Shown: positions 62,647 through 64,000 of the stretch, piece after piece
Layout of the letters: the number at the start of each line of letters is the position of its first letter
Position numbering within the stretch: the stretch's first letter is position 1
Source: a virus
Taxonomy: Duplodnaviria; Caudoviricetes
Strand: one strand, 5' to 3'
Virus record (IMG/VR): IMGVR_UViG_2974649007_000001
Location: 23,197-87,196 of that record
DNA: 64,000 nt
Made by a program: the position numbers and the translations under genes
Notes under the pieces: generated by a model
Told to the model about the DNA's origin: nothing
Databases searched by the model: none
What the model saw: the letters and a program-made list of their open reading frames with translations, nothing else

Positions 62647-62937
62647 ATGGCCAACAAAATCGCTAACACGCAGGACCTCATTGCCCTGGTAGCCGCCAAC
62701 GCCGGCATCAGCAAGGCAGAGGCCAAGCGCATCATCCAGGCCACGCTGCAGGGCATCAACCAGCTCGTGGCTGACAAGGACAAACTGCTGCTGCGCGAGT
62801 TCGGGATCTTCGAGCTGCGCTACCGTAAGCCGCGGATCAACAGCAAGCCCATCCAGGGTGAGCCCACCACGATCTCGGCCCGCGAAGTCCTGCACTTCAC
62901 GCCCAGCAGGCTGCTCAGCAAAGAGGTGGACTACTGA
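62647..62937 (+). CDS. HU/IHF-family DNA-binding protein
   Basis: DLI..VA..AGISKAEA..; FGIFE..RKPR.NSKPIQGE..I.AR.V..F.PS..L. Confidence 0.88.
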   Translation: MANKIANTQDLIALVAANAGISKAEAKRIIQATLQGINQLVADKDKLLLREFGIFELRYRKPRINSKPIQGEPTTISAREVLHFTPSRLLSKEVDY

Positions 62938-63533
62938 TGGCTGCCCGTCGCAAGCCGGTGGACACTGAAGCCGCAGTCCACGACGCGAACGGCAAGGCTG
63001 AGGGCAAGCAGCCCAAGAACTACCCGCCGATGGCGAGTCCGATCCCGGTCACCAGCATGGGCACGCTCAAGTACGCTGACCCGGTGATGTACGCGGGCAT
63101 CATGGAGCTGATGGTTCAGCTCAAGCACGACATGCTGCCTGAGTGCATCCAGATGGAGATCATCGAAGCCATGTCGCCGTCGACCAAGCGCGCGCTGGTG
63201 GCGCAGATGGCCGGCCTGGATGCGTCGGTGGTGGTGACGTTCAAGGCGCAGCTCAAGTTGATCGACGCGGTCTGCCAGCGGGTGATCAATCCGGACGGCA
63301 CCGCGCGCAAGGATCACGGTTTGGACATCAGCGTGAAGGACGCGCTGAATATGTCGATGAAGGTGGTCGGCATGCTGGTGAAGGATCTGCCAAAGGTACT
63401 CACCCTAGCCAAGGTGCAGCGCCTGGAGGAGGCCTTGCTCGAGGTCGTCCACACGCTGCCCAAGGACAAACAAGACGAAGTGCTGCTGCTCCTCGAGGAA
63501 CTCGAGAAGAAGGCGGCGAAGGAGGGCAAATGA
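62937..63533 (+). CDS. Helical hypothetical protein; possible terminase small subunit
   Basis: All-alpha, ~200 aa, at the start of a + strand late-type operon; positional inference only. Confidence 0.45.
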   Translation: MAARRKPVDTEAAVHDANGKAEGKQPKNYPPMASPIPVTSMGTLKYADPVMYAGIMELMVQLKHDMLPECIQMEIIEAMSPSTKRALVAQMAGLDASVVVTFKAQLKLIDAVCQRVINPDGTARKDHGLDISVKDALNMSMKVVGMLVKDLPKVLTLAKVQRLEEALLEVVHTLPKDKQDEVLLLLEELEKKAAKEGK

Positions 63534-63994
63534 GACTGATACCGTTCGTGACCTGGTCCAAGCATGACGCGCTGCAGCGCAAGCTGGACGAGGTGAACAA
63601 GCAGCTGGCCAGCCTGGGAGCGATCATCGCCCAACACCAGGCCATGACAGCCAAGGAGTTTTTCTTCCTGAAGAACCCGGACGTGAAGCCAACCACGCTG
63701 CACGATCCGCTCACTCCAGAACAAGAAGATATTGTGAGAGAATTCAATGAAAACAGGAAGTTACCTGAAGAAATTCGTCGCGGTTTTGCTTCTGGCGGGC
63801 ACATTGGAATGCGTGCAGCCCTTGGCCGATTCGGCGAAGCTCCGTCGGAGCAGACTCGTGCCAGCGATCAGTACCCCAGCCCTACACCCGGTGATGTGAA
63901 CATTGAAGTTTTGATCCGGGAAGAGCAACGTATGATGGACCGCGAGGCCTGGGATCAACTTGACCTGGACGACATCGGCAAACCCAAGGAGTGA
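63530..63994 (+). CDS. Hypothetical protein
   Basis: ATGA coupling, GGAGG RBS. Confidence 0.55.
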   Translation: MRLIPFVTWSKHDALQRKLDEVNKQLASLGAIIAQHQAMTAKEFFFLKNPDVKPTTLHDPLTPEQEDIVREFNENRKLPEEIRRGFASGGHIGMRAALGRFGEAPSEQTRASDQYPSPTPGDVNIEVLIREEQRMMDREAWDQLDLDDIGKPKE

Positions 63995-64000
63995 CAGCCT

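Noticed and set aside
1-64000. CRISPR array, IS element, integrase/att site, intron or intein
   Set aside because: No regularly spaced repeats, transposase or recombinase motifs, or intein/homing-endonuclease motifs seen by eye.

Overview
The window is 64 kb of a large, GC-rich tailed-phage genome. The host is probably Pseudomonas-like, inferred from the GH19 endolysin/Rz-Rz1 lysis cassette and the base composition. No capsid, portal, large terminase or integrase gene is visible. Layout: (1) 1-10.4 kb, + strand: the end of the tail region, with two receptor-binding modules that each end in a DUF1566/Lcl-like gene and are split by a lysis cassette. The first module includes a 1018-aa PgaB/IcaB-type deacetylase + GH18 hydrolase fusion. 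(2) 10.4-33.3 kb, - strand: a full replication/recombination/nucleotide kit (SbcCD, ligase, RecU-like nuclease, dNMP kinase, exonuclease, full-length Pol I, ThyX, TerB, two MazG-like proteins, SNF2 helicase, TraR-like protein, primase-helicase, Dda). (3) 33.3-58.9 kb, - strand: about 50 mostly small early-type genes, including Nmad5-like, a repeat-containing Dcm and a solo LytTR domain, plus one lone + strand XRE gene. (4) 58.9-59.8 kb: an AT-richer, CTAG- and hairpin-rich non-coding switch region. (5) 59.8-64 kb, + strand: hypotheticals, three tRNAs interleaved with four unassigned structured RNA elements, an HU-like gene and a possible small terminase. The best candidates for something new are the structured RNAs in the tRNA cluster (one is a double-pseudoknot fold; others display RsmA/CsrA-type GGA loops) and the two-enzyme depolymerase. 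All family calls come from motifs recognised by eye; no searches or folding programs were run.
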